In this document: positions 37,475-52,100 of the stretch, piece by piece
Layout of the letters: each line of letters opens with the position of its first letter
Position numbering within the stretch: the first letter of the stretch is position 1
NCBI RefSeq assembly: GCF_963921235.1
Contig: NC_086097.1
Coordinates: 39,558,001 to 39,622,000 of the forward strand
Length of the DNA: 64,000 nucleotides
DNA from: Mobula hypostoma
Lineage: Eukaryota
Reading direction: 5' to 3'
Position numbers and translations under genes: made by a program
Notes under the pieces: generated by a model
Seen by the model: the letters and a program-made list of their open reading frames with translations, nothing else
Told to the model about the DNA's origin: nothing
Databases searched by the model: none

Positions 37475-38490
37475 TCATAAGATATTGGAGCAGAATTAGG
37501 CTACTCGGTCTATCGAGTCTGATTTATTTCCCTGTCAACCCCATTGTCCTACCTTCTCCCTGTAATATTTATTGATTGATTGATTGATGTACAGCATGTA
37601 ATAGGCCCTTCTGACCCTTCAATCCACACTGCCCAGCAACCCCCATTATAACCCTAGCCTAATCACGGGATGGTTTACAATGGCCAGTTAACCTGCTAAC
37701 TGGTACATCTTCTGACTGTGGGAGGAAACCGGAGCACCCGGAGGAAACACCTGCAGTCATGGAGAGAACGTACAAACACCTTACAGACAGCAGCAGGAAA
37801 ATCCCCTTACTAATCAAGAACCTGTCAACCTCCGATTTAAATATACCCAAAGACTTGGCCTTCACAGCTGTCTGTCACAATGAACTTCACAGGTTCAGCA
37901 CCCTCTGGCTAAAGAACTTCCTCCTGATCGTGATTCTAAAGGGACATCCTTCTATTTTGAGGCTGTGTCCTCTGGTCGTGGACTCTCCCATTGGGCAAAG
38001 GAGGCTGAAAGGTGATATGATAGAGGTATATAAAATTATGAGAGGCAAAGATAGGTGGACACCTGGTATCCATTTGCCATGACAGGAGTGTCTAAAGCCA
38101 GACACACTAATTCCTGTTAACATCCCCATAATCTGTTCTGCACCTTTTCCACTCTATTGACAATCCTGCTAACGGTAGGTGACCAAAACTGCACACAATT
38201 TTCCAAGTATGGACACACCATCATCTTGTACAGCTGTAACATTGCGTCCCAACTTCTGCCTTCAATGACACGACCAATAAATGAAAGCATGCCGAAAGCT
38301 TTCTTCATCACACTATCTGTGTTGCTTTTTAACCTTGTTATATATGCCTCCACTGCCTCCTCCAACAGCTCATTCCAGATATTCACTCTCTCTCTGTGAA
38401 AAACTTACCCCTCAGATCTCTTTTGAACCAGTAATTTCTAGTTTCAGACTCCCCCGTGCTGAGGACAAAGCTCTGATCATCTATCCTATC
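37475..38490 (-). mobile_element. CR1 3' fragments with nested SINE
   Basis: Minus ORFs 37887-38129 (RRKFFSQRVLNL) and 38117-38386 (LENCVQFWSP). Confidence 0.8.
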
Positions 38491-39728
38491 TGTGCCACTA
38501 CATGGAGCTACTCCACAACTTTTACAGTGAAGGTCAGTACAAACTTTTCTAACTACCTGAATGTTAATATTTTCTCTTTCATGTTAAGAATGCCAGATTT
38601 TTTTATATCACTAAATTTTGTCCTCTCCCTCAGTTTAAATAATAATTTGCTTTTTCATTCTCTCTGGAGAAAGTGGAGAACTTCACTTTCCCATCTATAT
38701 GCTTCTTGTCCACTTTCTTAACTAGCAAGAATGTACCCCACACAGCTAGCCATCTCACATGTTTACTATCATCAGCAAATTTTTTATTGTACCCTTATAT
38801 TCTTGATTCTAATTATTAGTCTAGATTAGTTGAAGTGCTTGCTGTGATTATGTGGCAATTTACTAATTGCTAATCATCAATCTGAAAATGACCTATTTAT
38901 CCCAATTTTCTACTCTCTGTGAACACCGAAATCGATGTCAGTACATTAAACACCCCTCCTGCCCTCCTCTCCCGCACTCATATAAATCCTCTATGCTCCC
39001 ATCTTGCTGAGTAGCCTTTCATGCAACGTTTAATTGAATGCCTGCTAGATACATTCATTGGCTCCTCTTTATCTTTCCCGATTGTTATGTTGTTAAAGAA
39101 TTCTAGCAAATTTGTCAATCATAATTTCCATTTCATAAAACAATGTTCACTTTGTTTGATTGTCTTATGCTTTTCTAAATTACCTCCAGTTGTCAGATAT
39201 AAGGCTAACTGCCCTATAGTTTACCCTTTTTGAACAGTCTTCTGAAATTTCTCCAGAATCCAGTGAATTTTGATCAAATTGTGACCAACACATTCACTAT
39301 GTCTGTTGTCTGTGGAAATTTGCTTTAACATCATATGTCTGAGTGATTAGGACCAGTACATTTGTTTGTTTTCAGTCCAACTAATTTGTTGAGAACTAGG
39401 ATGAATTTCTAGTGTAAATATTTTGTATCTCAAGAGCCAAATTGTTTTATTTGGACAATAACAGCTTAGAAAATTTGAAATGCAGTAAATTAATACAATT
39501 TAAAAACATTCATAATTTTGTAAATGGATTAAGAAGCTGCTATATTAAAAATAAATTGGTATGAACATACTGCAACCACCTTTCTATTCATTTTTGTTGA
39601 AGTCAGCATGTAATCTGTCACAACAGCTTGTACCTCACAATTTTCTCATGTGTGGCTATACAGCAGGCAGTCATTTTTAATACATTTCCATTTTAATTGA
39701 ATTCATTCATTATAATAAATTGCAATAT

Positions 39729-42700
39729 GAATTCGCAAGGAAGCCTGGCAGAAGGCTAATTGTTTAGCTGTTGTCTCCCAGCAGAAACTGCTGCAGCTGT
39801 GGCAGCTGCAAAAAAAAATGTCATACTTTATTTCAATTCCTTACAGAATGAGTGGTGTGTTTTATTACCTTATTCTCTCCGTCCTTCAACTTTGTTTTCT
39901 CCTTATTCACTGGTGATTCATATGACCAACATCATTGTCAAAGAGGATTGCCATACACATAAACACAAACCTAATTCCTAGATGGTCTACATTCTTTTAG
40001 TGTATCATGCCTAAACAAAACCTTTGATTACAGTGATAAGAATTATTCCAGTGTATTTATCTGATTACTAAAGCAAATTGCAATATAGAAGAAAAATTGT
40101 ACATAGTATTTGTTATGTTTGCTCTTTAACAAAGACAAATTTGCGTGGGTAACAACACTAGAACTATTTTATTTACAGATTTACAGAATGGCTTCAGCTC
40201 GATAACATTTTACTCTGGACATTCCAGCCCGCCAAGAATGTGTGCGCGTGTCCTGTTAATAATGTCACTTCTGGTTCCGGGTGAACCATCCACATTGCAC
40301 ACTGAGGACTGAAGTTCTTTATTATGTACACTGCATTGGCCTACCATGTTTTCACAGATCAAGAACCCATTTACACTCATCCTACGCTGATGCAATTAAT
40401 TCTCCTCAGACTCCCATCCACGCAATCCTGATCCCACCACTCACCTCAAGGCAACGTACTGTGGCCAACTGCACAGTTGTGCAATTGTGCACCAACCAGC
40501 ACATTTTTGGGACAAGGGAGGAAATTGGAGTATCGAAAGAAAACTCATGCAGTTACAAAGAGAACATGCACAAGGAGAAGAAGGGGAACCTGAGAAAGGG
40601 AGATGGCTAATGAAACATACATGCTGTACTGTTTATTCCTCAATAACTTTATGGTGAATGAGGAGTACAACGTGTACTTCCCTCCTGCCCCCGAGGCATG
40701 AACGATCAATCATGTACTGAAGATTGAATGCAAGACTTTACAAGTCAATGGCAGATTCAGTGCTCGATACTGTAAAAGAATACCTTGCACACGGATTCTC
40801 AGAATTATCAACTAAACACATTTTCATGATTTTAAAGTAGTATCCATTCAGTCTGTCAGCATGAAATGATACCCACATTACATAAAGTATTTTAACTCTG
40901 TTTGAAAATTATGTGAACAATTATTGATAACTAAATTGAACAGATTTCAACCTTATCACACAAACAGCACTCGGCAATGTCCTCTGCCATTATATACCAG
41001 GCATTTAACATGATAACTGCCCTCCTTTCTACACCAGTTTCCAGTTAAATAAGGAGTGCTTTTCATATGGAATACTGATAAATTCATAAAATTTGTGTTA
41101 ATAATGCTCTGTGCCAGAGCCTAAAACATATTGCAGTCATTTATTTACATTACAGGTACATCCATTTCTATAGCATGCATTCAAAATAATGTAGTATTGT
41201 GGGGTAAGCTCTGGCTATATAAAGCAATATTCCAAAACATATAAAGCAAAGGATGATTGCTAGTTCTCTCCATTGGTGCATTTTGCTTTCACACACATCA
41301 GCATGGCATGGCATGGATGTTTGATTTCATTACTTCCCAAGCGCGAATCAATGCTTGGATAAAGGGTGAAAAAATACCTCACGGTTAGTCTCCTATTTTG
41401 TAGTTTTATAATTACTCATCCTCATAATTATGTGCTGTGTCGTATGATGTAAGCAATTATAATCTTATGACCATGATTGTTCTTGGCAATTTTTTCTACA
41501 AGTGGTTTACTATCTAGGTAAAATTAAGTAATCTTCTGATCAATGACTGGATGCACGAACATGTGTGTGTGAGAGAGACATTTGTGCAAATCATGTGACC
41601 CCCTCATAACATTTCTTTTGATCATTGAGACAAACACATCATTTTGTTTAAGGACAATTAGGGTTTAAACTGATCCTGGCAGAGGCACTCATTGAAAACT
41701 ACTTTTCAAAGCAAAACTTGGAACTTTAAGATAAACAATCCACATCAAATGAAATATCTGTGGGGCTGTAACTTAATGGCTCTGGAAAAAGGAAGCAGAG
41801 ATCATAATGTCATTTTATAAATCGAATATAGAATGCTATTTACAAAATCTCCACCTAGGAATTTGTGCACAGTTGCTGATACTGAGTACGTTATTTTGTC
41901 ACAATAGCACATCATGCTATGTTCTGCAATACATTCAATTCAATCTATGTTTTCCCTGGGTCCCAGGGGTTCTCCCAGGCACATGTTCAGAAGATAGAGA
42001 GGAGTGAGAGTCCGACTAGTTAGTCCCTTCAGTGAAACTCCAAGGACCTGAATGAAATACTACACAAGAGGAAGACATCAATAGCTACCCAGCTCCGCGA
42101 TGAAGATTCACATTCAGCCATCGTGGCTGCGGTCTTTGTGTGCTAAAAGGACTGTGGAGCGTTGCACCATCCCTGTTATCTTATTTTCAATCTTGTTCCA
42201 GGATTGTTGAGGCAGTCTCCTGGGCTTGTATGTCCCTGCATCGTGAACCTGCCCTCTTTTAGAAGGCAATACTTGTTTTCATTCCCCTATCACTCTGTCT
42301 GCAATTGCGTCAGACAAGGGGGTGAAGTCCTCAGCTGAGCCTTCTAGATCTACAGCTGCTCTGGTTCATCCTCCAAGGTTATCAGCACTCTCCTCCTTCA
42401 GGGACGCTGTATCCTCTGGGTAACACTGTGCTGGAGCACGCAGGGGCAGGGACCAAGAGAATGCCCAAGTGTGATTGGTTGACATTTACATTTAATGTGG
42501 CATAATTATATTGGTTTGGAATATTTATTTTGTGCTGCTTTTTATCTCTGGATTGTGGTCGAGAAGATTCTGTTACTTTTACTTCATACTTTATACTTTA
42601 TTGTCGCCAAACAATTGATACTAGAGCGTACAATCATCACAGTGATATTTGATTCTGCTCTTCGTGCTCCCTAGAGTACAAATCGATAGTAAATATTAAA

Positions 42701-45573
42701 AATTTAGATTATAAATCATAAATAGAAAAGGGAAAGTAAGGTAGTGCAAAAAAACCGAGAGGCAGGTCTGGATATTTGGAGGGTATGGCCAGATCCGGGT
42801 CAGGGTTATTGTCAGTAACAAAGCAAAACTAGGGAGATGCTGCAAAAACTCAGCAGATCAGGCAGCATCTGTAGAAACAGAACAGATTTTCCTTAATACT
42901 CTCTGGTGTGCTCTGTTTGCATTTAGATAAATGTTTACAGTCTGCAGACTTTGCTTTTGGTTTAAGGTAATAGACTGTTGTTGAATGGCGTCAGGCTAAT
43001 GATCTTGTACCTCAGTGTATTCCTCACATAAAGGGTCTGTCTCGATTCCCTCTTCCCTTCCTCCCCCACCATCTTAACATTAGATGGTGCCAGAGTTAAA
43101 CTGGAAACAGGACTTTCCACAGAGTCTCAGCATAGCTTTCATTTCAGTCATGGGTGAAATCTCTTTGGGACACATGGGCTATTAGGGAAGAGACACCCAA
43201 ATTCTTTTAAAAACCACAAGAAATTTTGCAGTTGCTGGAAATCCAAAGCAACACACCAAAAATGCTGGAGGAAACCAGTAGGCCAGGCAGCATCCAAATT
43301 CTTTTACTGCTGTCTAATGTAGAGAGGATATGGTTCACGTATTTAACTCCAATGTCTCTGTAACATTCACCTGCATCCAATTTGATTGGTTCCACGCAGT
43401 GTTTCTCAAGTTATTTACACTCTTATTAAAAAAAGCTATTAAATATATTTATCTATGCTGTCTTTCCAAATTGAAATCTCATTGATTTTCAGCCACGTGA
43501 GGTTCGACTCATGCTTAATAATTTTTATGGAGCTGAGGTTAGGAAGCACTTGACCATTTTGCATGAAGCACCTGGCTTGTTTTCTTTAAAATTGCCCATA
43601 GCCTTGTGGAACAGTGGAAGAAATCAAGGAGTCTGTGGAAAAATCTTCTTTACCTTCAAAATTAATCTCTCCAAGGCCAGGAATAATATTGTGAAGCTGA
43701 ACCTTTCCCCACAATATAATTGAACGTCAACCCACAATGCAACAAAAGAGGAAAAGGATAATAGGAATTAAAATGATAACGCCTGGACATTCCTTCTTGT
43801 AATTAAAGCTGCAAAGCTGAGAAGCGATGATTGCACACCAGTCAGTATGCTAGATGCATTAGAAGCAGAAACAGCTTATACATAGCTTCTGAAACCTAGT
43901 TCCGTCTGAAATGAATTTTTAGACCACAGATAAATAAAAAGAGAAAGAGAGAGAGAGGAACAGAGAGGATGAAACAGCGGGCTTTTGACAAAAGAAACCT
44001 GTTGGTTGGTATGTACCCAGACAAAGATTCACAACGAGCAAAGGGATTGAAGCTAGTTTTCTGCCTCTTTTCTTTTCTGCAGTTGCAGATTTCCTTTGTG
44101 TTTCTGCCCGGAACCGAGATCAAATCTTTAGAATCTAACTGTGAGTCACAACTTAGTCTAATTGCAGCATTCAGGGCCCCAGGAAGTGTGGAGAGGATGT
44201 TGAGGGGGTTGGGATGGCCTGCTAATGGATGGTGGAATGGTTCTTGGGGGAGGGAGATGGCCAAGTGCTGATGCAGTTGGAGGATGCTGAGAGAGGCCTG
44301 GGTGAGGATGGGGTGTGGTGGGGAGAGTATACTTGGGAAGAATGGTGAGGGCAGGTAGAGCGGATGCCGTAGTATGGTGGGGCAGACTGCAGGCCTGCTG
44401 GATGCATTGGATGGATTGTAGAAGATGTGAGGGAGGACACTGGTGTTAAGAGCTAGGCTTGATGAGGGATGGTGTAGCTAATGTCAGCACTAGAAGAGCA
44501 TTTTAGAGATGGGGTGAGGTCTGATTGTGATGAAAGCATGAAGGAGGATGGGGAAAGACATGTAGTGGAGGGGGAGGATGACCCCAGAAGATGGGATGGA
44601 TGAATAGGCCAGAACTATAGGCTTTTCTCTTTGTGATCCTTTAAAGAATTTCATTTGGTCCTGCTTATGTACAGAGCATGGCAATGGGATGTGGCCTGCA
44701 ATGCTCCACACTTTTCCCAATGAAAAATGTAATTAAGGTCATAAAACAGACATGAAGGTCAAGTTTATTGTCATAAGTGCAAGTACACGTATGCACAATG
44801 GTAATGAGCAACTTATATGCAGCAACATCACAGGTACACAGCATTTAGTACATAGCGTACACAAGGAAAGCACAAAGTAAACGTGCGTAACTTTCATAAG
44901 AAACAACACAAATGGAACAAAAAAAGATTCCCAAGTCCCATTGCAGTGCAAAGTTGTCATATTGCTCCTATACTGGGGCACTGATTGGGGCTGTGCAGGT
45001 TGGTTCAAGGGCCAAATAGTTGAAGGGAAGTAGCTGTTCTTAAACCTGGTGCCGAGGGATTTCAGGCTTTTGCACCTCTTTTTAAGTACCTAGAACACAC
45101 AAGTGGGGTGGTGATTGAAGCTGATACAATAGGGATACAATAATTTAGTAGGTTCTTAGATAGGCTATGGGTGATTATGGTAGATTGATTGTGGAGCGGG
45201 GTTGGATAAAACGGCCCAACATGAAGGGCTCACACTATGCTGTACTGTTCTGTGTAATGTCACGATTAGTTTTGAGCAGAGGCACTGCGCACCTTTCCAA
45301 AGAGTGGCCTGAAAATCTTTGTATATAGACAAGCAAACACAAAGGCTTATTCAAGGTGCTGCTTCCATAGTCGGTTATTTTGTAGATGGAGAGGTCAGTG
45401 TAAGCTGGTAGACCACCAGCACAGCTGGAAAAGGGACATGAGAAATGTAGCAAGTGCAAATAAACATAATGCAGTTTTGGCAAGGAGGAAGGAAGCAGAA
45501 GAATGGATGTGGATGCCGTGGGGAGGAACATGGAGAACAGGCTAGAAGTGACTCAGGAATGAAAGGTCTAAAA
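39729..45573 (+). pseudogene. Largest run of collagen relic blocks, with small SINE/LINE pieces interspersed
   Basis: 39729 EFA RKP GRR; 39772 CLP AET AAA VAA AKK NVI; CQR GLP; FYS GHS SPP RMC; 40653 GE* GVQ RVL; GQL GFK; VFP GSQ GFS; 43167 GTH GLL GKR; GAE VRK..EAP GLF SLK; 44008 GMY PDK DSQ RAK GLK; RAP GSV; GED GV, GKN GE; 45511 GCR GEE..GMK GLK. Confidence 0.85.
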
Positions 45574-45784
45574 GATAAAATCTCCACCTTTTATGGGCCA
45601 AATGTAAGCAAATGGGACTACCTGGGCTTAGCAAGACAACTCGGTCAGTATAGGCAAGTTGGATTGGAGAGCCTGTATTTGTGCTTTACAGCTCTTGGAT
45701 TCTATGACCAACGCTAATGTTTAAGTGCAGCCATACCGTAATAATATTTTACCCACAAGTCTCCTAGTGTTTTTATCTCAAAGT

Positions 45785-46110
45785 AGCATTTGATGGCTCT
45801 GGGCCTGTATTCACTGGAATTTAGAAGAATGAAGGGTGAACTAATTGAAACCCATCGAATGGTGAAAGGCTTGATAGAGTGGATGTGCAGAGGATATTTC
45901 CTATGGTGGGAGAGTCTAAGACCAGAGGATACAGCCTCAGAATAGAGGGGCATTCTTTTAGAACAGAGATGAGGAGGAATTTCTTTAGCCAGAGAGTGAT
46001 GAATCTGTGGAATTCGTTGCCACAGGCAGTTATGGAGGCCAAGTCTGTATGTATCTTTAAGGCAGAGGACGATAGATTCTTGATTGGTCAGGGCATGAAG
46101 GGATACGGGG
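45785..46110 (+). mobile_element. CR1 3' fragment
   Basis: ORF 45879-46139 FPMVGESKTRGYSLRIEG..RRNFFSQRVMNLWNSLP. Confidence 0.9.
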
Positions 46111-46111
46111 A

Positions 46112-49100
46112 GAACATAGAAATAGAACATAGAACATAGAAATCTACAGCACATTACAGGCCCTTTAGCCCGCAATGTTGTGCTGACCATATAACCTACT
46201 CCAGAAGTTGCCTAGAATTTCCCTACCACATGGCATTCCAAATTCCACCTTTCCAAAGAACGGCCTGAAAATCTAAGCTCCATGTACCTATCTAAGAGTC
46301 TCTTAAAAGACCTGATTGTATCCACCTCTACCACCTTCGCTGGCAGTGCATCCCATGCACCCACCACTCTCTGTGTGGAAAACTTACCCCTGACATCCCC
46401 CTTGTACCTACTTCCAAGCACCTTAAAACTATGCCCCCTTGTGTTAGCTATTTCAGCACTGGAAAAAGCCTCTGGCTATCCACACGATCAATGCCTCTCA
46501 TCAGCTTATACACCTCTATCAGGTCACCTCTCATCCTCCGCCGCTCCGAGGAGAAAAGGCCAAGTCCACTCAACCTATTTTCATAAGGCATGCTCTCCAA
46601 TCCAGGCAACATTCTTGTAAATCTCCTTTGCACTCTCTCTAAAGTATAAACATCCTTCCTGTAATGAGGTAACATCTTTCCTGTAATGAGGTGACCAGAA
46701 CTGAACACAGTACTCCAAGTGGGGGTCTAACTAAGGTCTTATATAGCTTTAATATTACTTCATAGCTCTTGAACTCAATCCCATGGTTGATGAATGCCAA
46801 CACACCATGCACCTTTTTAATCACACTGTCAGCCTGCGCAGCATCTTTGAGTGTCCTATGGACACGGACCCCAAGATCTCGCTGATCCTCCACACTGCCA
46901 AGAGTCTTACCATTAATATTATATTCTGTCTTCAAATTTGACCTACTGAAATGAGCCACTTCACACTTATCTGGGTTGAAGTCCATCCGCTGCTTCTCAG
47001 CCCAGTTCTGCATCCTATCGATGTCCTGCTGTAACCTTTGACAACCCTCAGCCTATTCGCAACACCCCCAACCTTTGTGTCATCAGCAAACTTACTAACC
47101 CACCCTTCTACTTCCTCATCCAGGTTCTTTATAAAAATCACAAAGAGGAGGGGCCCCAGAACAGATCCCTGCAGGACACCACTGGTCACCATCCTCAATG
47201 CAGAATACGGACCGTCCACAACCACCCTTTGCCTTTGGTGGTCAAGCCAGTTCTGGATCCACAAATCAAGGTCTCCTTGGATCCCATGCCTCATTACTTT
47301 CTGAATTTGCCTCGCATGGGGAACCTTATCAAATGCCTTACTGAAATCCATATATACTACATCCGCTGCTCTACCTTCATCAATGCGTTTTGTTACATCC
47401 TCAAAGAATTCAATCAGGTTTGCAAGGCATGACCTGCCCTTGACAAAGCCATGCTGACTATCCCTAATCAGATTATGTCTATACAAATTCTCATAAATCC
47501 AGCCTCAGGATCTTCTGCAACAACTTGCCCACCACTGAAGAAAGACTCACTGGACTATAATTTTCTGGGTTATCTTTACTCCCTTTCTTGAATAAGGGAA
47601 CAAAGTTTGCAACCCTTCAATCCTCTGGTACCTCTCCCATCCTTATTGATGATGCAAAGATCATCACCAGAGGCTCAGCAATCTCCTCCCTCGCTTCCCA
47701 CAGTAGCCTGGGGTACATCAATTCCAGTGACTTATCTAACTTAATACCTTTCAAAAGCTCCAGCACATCCTCTTTCTTAATGTCTATACACTCAAGTGTT
47801 TCAGTCTGCTATAAGTCATCCCCACAGTCCTTTTCCCTGGTGAATACTGAAGCAAAGTATTCATTAAGTACCTCTGCTACTACCTCCGACTCTGTACACA
47901 CGTTTCCACAATCACACCTGATTGGTCCTATTCTCACATGGCTCATCCTCTTGCTCTTCACATTCTTGTAGAATGCCTTGGGGTTTTCCTTAATCCTGCT
48001 CACCAAAGCCTTCTCATGGCCCCTTCTAGATCTCCTAATTTCATTGTTGAGTTCCTTCCCAGCACCCTTGTAATTTTCTAGAGCTCTAACAGTACCGAGT
48101 TTCTTCAACCTTTTGTAAGGTTTATTTTCTTCTTCACTAGATTTTCTACATCCTTTGTACACCATAGTTCTTCTACCCGACCATCCTTCCCCTGCCTCAA
48201 TGGAACATACCTATACGGAAAGCAATGCAAATATTCCCTGAACATTTGTCACATTGCTGCCATGCATTTCCCTGAAAACATCTGCTCCAAATTTATGTTC
48301 CCAAGGTCCTGCCTAATAGCATCATATTTCCCCCTACCCCAATTAAATGTTTCCCAAATTTTCTGCTCCTATCCCTGTCCAGCGTTATGGTAAAGGAGAT
48401 AGAATTGTGATTACTACCTCCAAAATGCTCTCCCACCAAGAGATCTGACACCAGACAAGGTTCATTTCTCAATACCAGATCAGGTATAGCCTCTCCTCTA
48501 GTTGGCTCATCTACATACTACCATAAGACCATAAGATATAGGAGCAGAAGTAGGCCATTTGGCTCATTGAGTCTGCTCCGCCATTCAATCATGTTGATGC
48601 AATTCTTCTAGTCATCCCCACTCCCCAGCCTTCTCCCCATACCCTTTGATGCCCTGGCTAATTGAGAACTTATCTATCTCTGCCTTAAATGCACCCAATG
48701 ACTTGGCCTCCACAGCCGCTCATGGCAACAAATTCCACAGATTTACTACCCTCTGACTAAAGTAATTTCTCCACACCTCTGTTCTAAATGGACGTCCTTC
48801 AATCCAGAAGTTGTGAGTTGTGTCCTCTTGTCCTAGACTCCCCTACCATGGGAAATAACTTTGCCATATGTAATCTGTTCAGGCCTTTTAACATTTGGAA
48901 AGTTTCTATGAGATCCCCCCCCCCCCCGCCCCATTCTCCTGAACTCAAGGGAATACAGCCCAAGAGCTTCCAGGCGTTCCTCATACGGTAACCCTTTTAT
49001 TCCTGGAATCGTTCTCGTGAATCTTCTCTGAACCCTCTTCAATGTCAGTATATCCTTTCTAAAATAAGGAGCTCAAAACTGCACACAATACTCACAAGTG

Positions 49101-52100
49101 CCTTATAGAGCCTCAACATCACATCCCTGCTCCTATATTCTATACCTCTAGAAATGAATGCCAACGTTGCATTTGCCTTCTTCACTACCGACTCAACCTT
49201 GAGGTTAACCTTTAGGGTATGCTACACAAGGACTCCCAAGTCCCTTTGCATCTCTGCATTCTGAATTGTCTCTCCATCTAAATGATAGTCTGCCTGTTTA
49301 CTTCTTCCACCAAAGTGCATGACCATACACTTTCCAACATTGTACTTCATTTGCCACTTCTTTGCCCATTCCCCTAAACTATTTAAGTCTCTCTGCAGAC
49401 TCTCTGTTTCCTCAACACTACCCGCTCCTCCACCTATCTTTGTATCATCGGCAAATTTAGCCACAAATCCATCAATCCCATAGTCCAAATCATTGACATA
49501 CATTGTAAACAGCAGCGGTTCCAACACTGACGCCTGTGGAACTCCACTGGTAACCAGCAGCCAGCCAGAATAAGATCCCTTTATTCCTACTGCCTGTTTT
49601 CTGTCGATCAGCCAATGCTCCACCCATGCTAGTATCTTGCTAAGCAGCCTCATGTGTGGCACCTTGTCAAAGGCCTTCTGAAAATCCAAGTACACCACAT
49701 CTACTGCATCTCCTTTGTCTACTCTGCTTGTAAGTTCCTCAAAAGATTGCAGTAGGTTAGTCAGGCAAGATTTTCCTTTCAGGAAATCATGCTGGCTTTG
49801 GCCCATCTTGTCAAGTGCCTCCAGGTACTCGGTAATCTCATCCCTAACAATCGATTCCGACAACTTCCCAACCACTGTTGTCAGGCTAACCGGTCTATAG
49901 TTTCCTTCCTGCTGCCTCCCACCCTTCTAAAATAGTGGAGTAACATTTGCAGTTTTCCTGTCATCCAGTACAATATCGATTCTTGAAAGATCATTGTTAA
50001 TACCTCTGCAGTCTCTCCAGCTACTTCCTTCAGAACCCAAGGATGCATTCCATCAGGTCCAGGAGATATATCCACCCTCAGACCATTAAGCTTCCTGAGC
50101 ACCTTCTCAGTTGTAATTTTCACTGCACATTCTTCACTTCCCTGACACTCTCGAATGTCTGGTATACTGCAGATGTCTTCCACTGTGAAGACTGATGCAA
50201 AATATGCATTCAGTTCCTCTGCTGTCTCTGCGTCTCTCATTACAATATCTCCAGCGTCATTTTCCATTGGTTCTATATCTATCCTCAACTCTCTTTTACC
50301 CTTTAAATACTTAAAAAAGCTTTTAGTATCTTCTTTGATAATAGTCACCAGCTTCCTTTTATTATTCATCTTTTCCTTCCTTATACACCTGAATACACCT
50401 AAGAAACTCCACCCCATCTAAACCCCTTGCTCTAAGGAGATACCAGTCAATATTAGAAAAGTTAAAATTACCCATCTCAACAATTCTATTATTATCGCAC
50501 TGTTCCAGAATCTGCCTCCCTGTCTGTTCCATAAGACATAGGAGCAGAATTACCCCGTCTGGCCCATCAAATCTACTCTGCCATTCAATCATGGCTGATC
50601 CTTTTTTTCTATCTCCTCCTCAACCCCAGTTCCTGGCCTTCTCCCTGTAACCTTTGATACCATTTCCAATCAAGAACCTATCAATCTCTGCCTTAAATAC
50701 ACCCTACAACCTATCCTCCACAGCTGCATGTGGCAACAAATTTCACAAATTCACCACCCTTTGTCTAAAGAAATTTCTCTGCTTCTCTGTTTCGAAAGGG
50801 CGCCCCTCTATCCTGAGGCTATGCCCTCTTGTCCTAGACTCTCCCACCATGGGGAAACATCCTTTCCACATCTATTCTGTCTAGGCCTTCCAACATTCGA
50901 AAGTTTCAATGAGACCCCCTCTCATCCTTCTGAATTCCAGCGAGTACAGACACAGAGCCATCAAACATTCCTCGTATAATAACCCTTTCATTCCTGGAAT
51001 CATCCTTGCGAACCTCCTCTGCACCCACTCCAATGCCAGCACATCTTTTCTAAGATGAGGGGCCCAAAACTGTTCACAATACACCAATGCCTTATAAAGC
51101 CTCAGCATCACATCCTTGCTCTTGTATTCTAGATCTCTTGAAATGAATGCTAACATGGCATTTACTTTCCTCACTACCAACTCAACCTGCAAGTTAATCT
51201 TCAGGGTGTTCTGCACAAAGACCCCCAAGTCCCTCTGCATCTCAGATTCCTGGATTATCTCCCCATTTAGAAAACAGTCCATACATTTATTTCTACTACC
51301 AAAGTGCATGACCATGCATTTTCCAACATTGTATTTCATTTGCCACTTTCTTGCCCGTTCTCCTAATCTGTCTAAGTCCTTCTGCATCCTAACTGTTTCC
51401 TCAACACCTTCTGCCTGTCCATCAATCTTCATATCATCTGCAAACTTGGCAACAAATCATCTAAATCATTTATATACAGCATAAAAAGAAGCGGTCCCAA
51501 CAGCGACCCCTGCAGAACACCACTAGTTGCTGGTAGCCAACCAGAAAAGGAGCCTTTTATTCCCACTCACCGCCTCCTACCAATCACCCAATGCTCTAAC
51601 CATGTTAGTAACTTCCCTGTAATACCATGGGCTCTTAACTTGGTAAGCAGCCTCATGTGTGGCACTTTGTCAAAGGCTTTCTGAGAGTCCAAATATAGAA
51701 CATCCAATGCATCCCCTTTATCTATCCTACTTGATGTCTCTGTTACTATTTGGAGAGGGGGGTCTATAAAAAGCATCCAGTAGAGTTATTGCCCCCTTCC
51801 TGTTTCTGACTTCCACTCACAATGACACAGTAGCCAATCCCTCCTTGACTTCTTCCTTTTTGGCAGTCATCATACTATCCCTGATTAGCAATGCCACACC
51901 CCCACCTCTTTTGCCTCCCTCCCTGTCCTTTTTGAAACATCTAAAGCTTGGCACACTCAGCGGCCCCTAAGTCACCCAAGTCTCTGTAATGGCCACAATG
52001 TCATTGTTCCACCTATTGATCCACACTTTAAGTTCATCCGCCTTGCTCATAATACTCCTTGCATTAAAATAGACACATCTCAAACCATCCGGCTGAGTGC

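Noticed and set aside
2114..40200. Intact multi-micro-exon protein gene or lncRNA/snoRNA host built from AG..GT candidates (8866-8910, 17326-17375, 23228-23253, 26924-26961)
   Set aside because: The candidates do not join into an open frame, several apparent donors are just GGT Gly codons inside longer collagen blocks, and I found no convincing C/D box pairs.
40179..40285. FACIT-type collagen C-terminus (GPPGxC-x4-C) at SGHSSPPRMC
   Set aside because: The Cys spacing needs a frameshift, Gly-X-Y continues straight afterwards (GEP, GLP), and TGT at Y is better explained as a decayed Arg codon.
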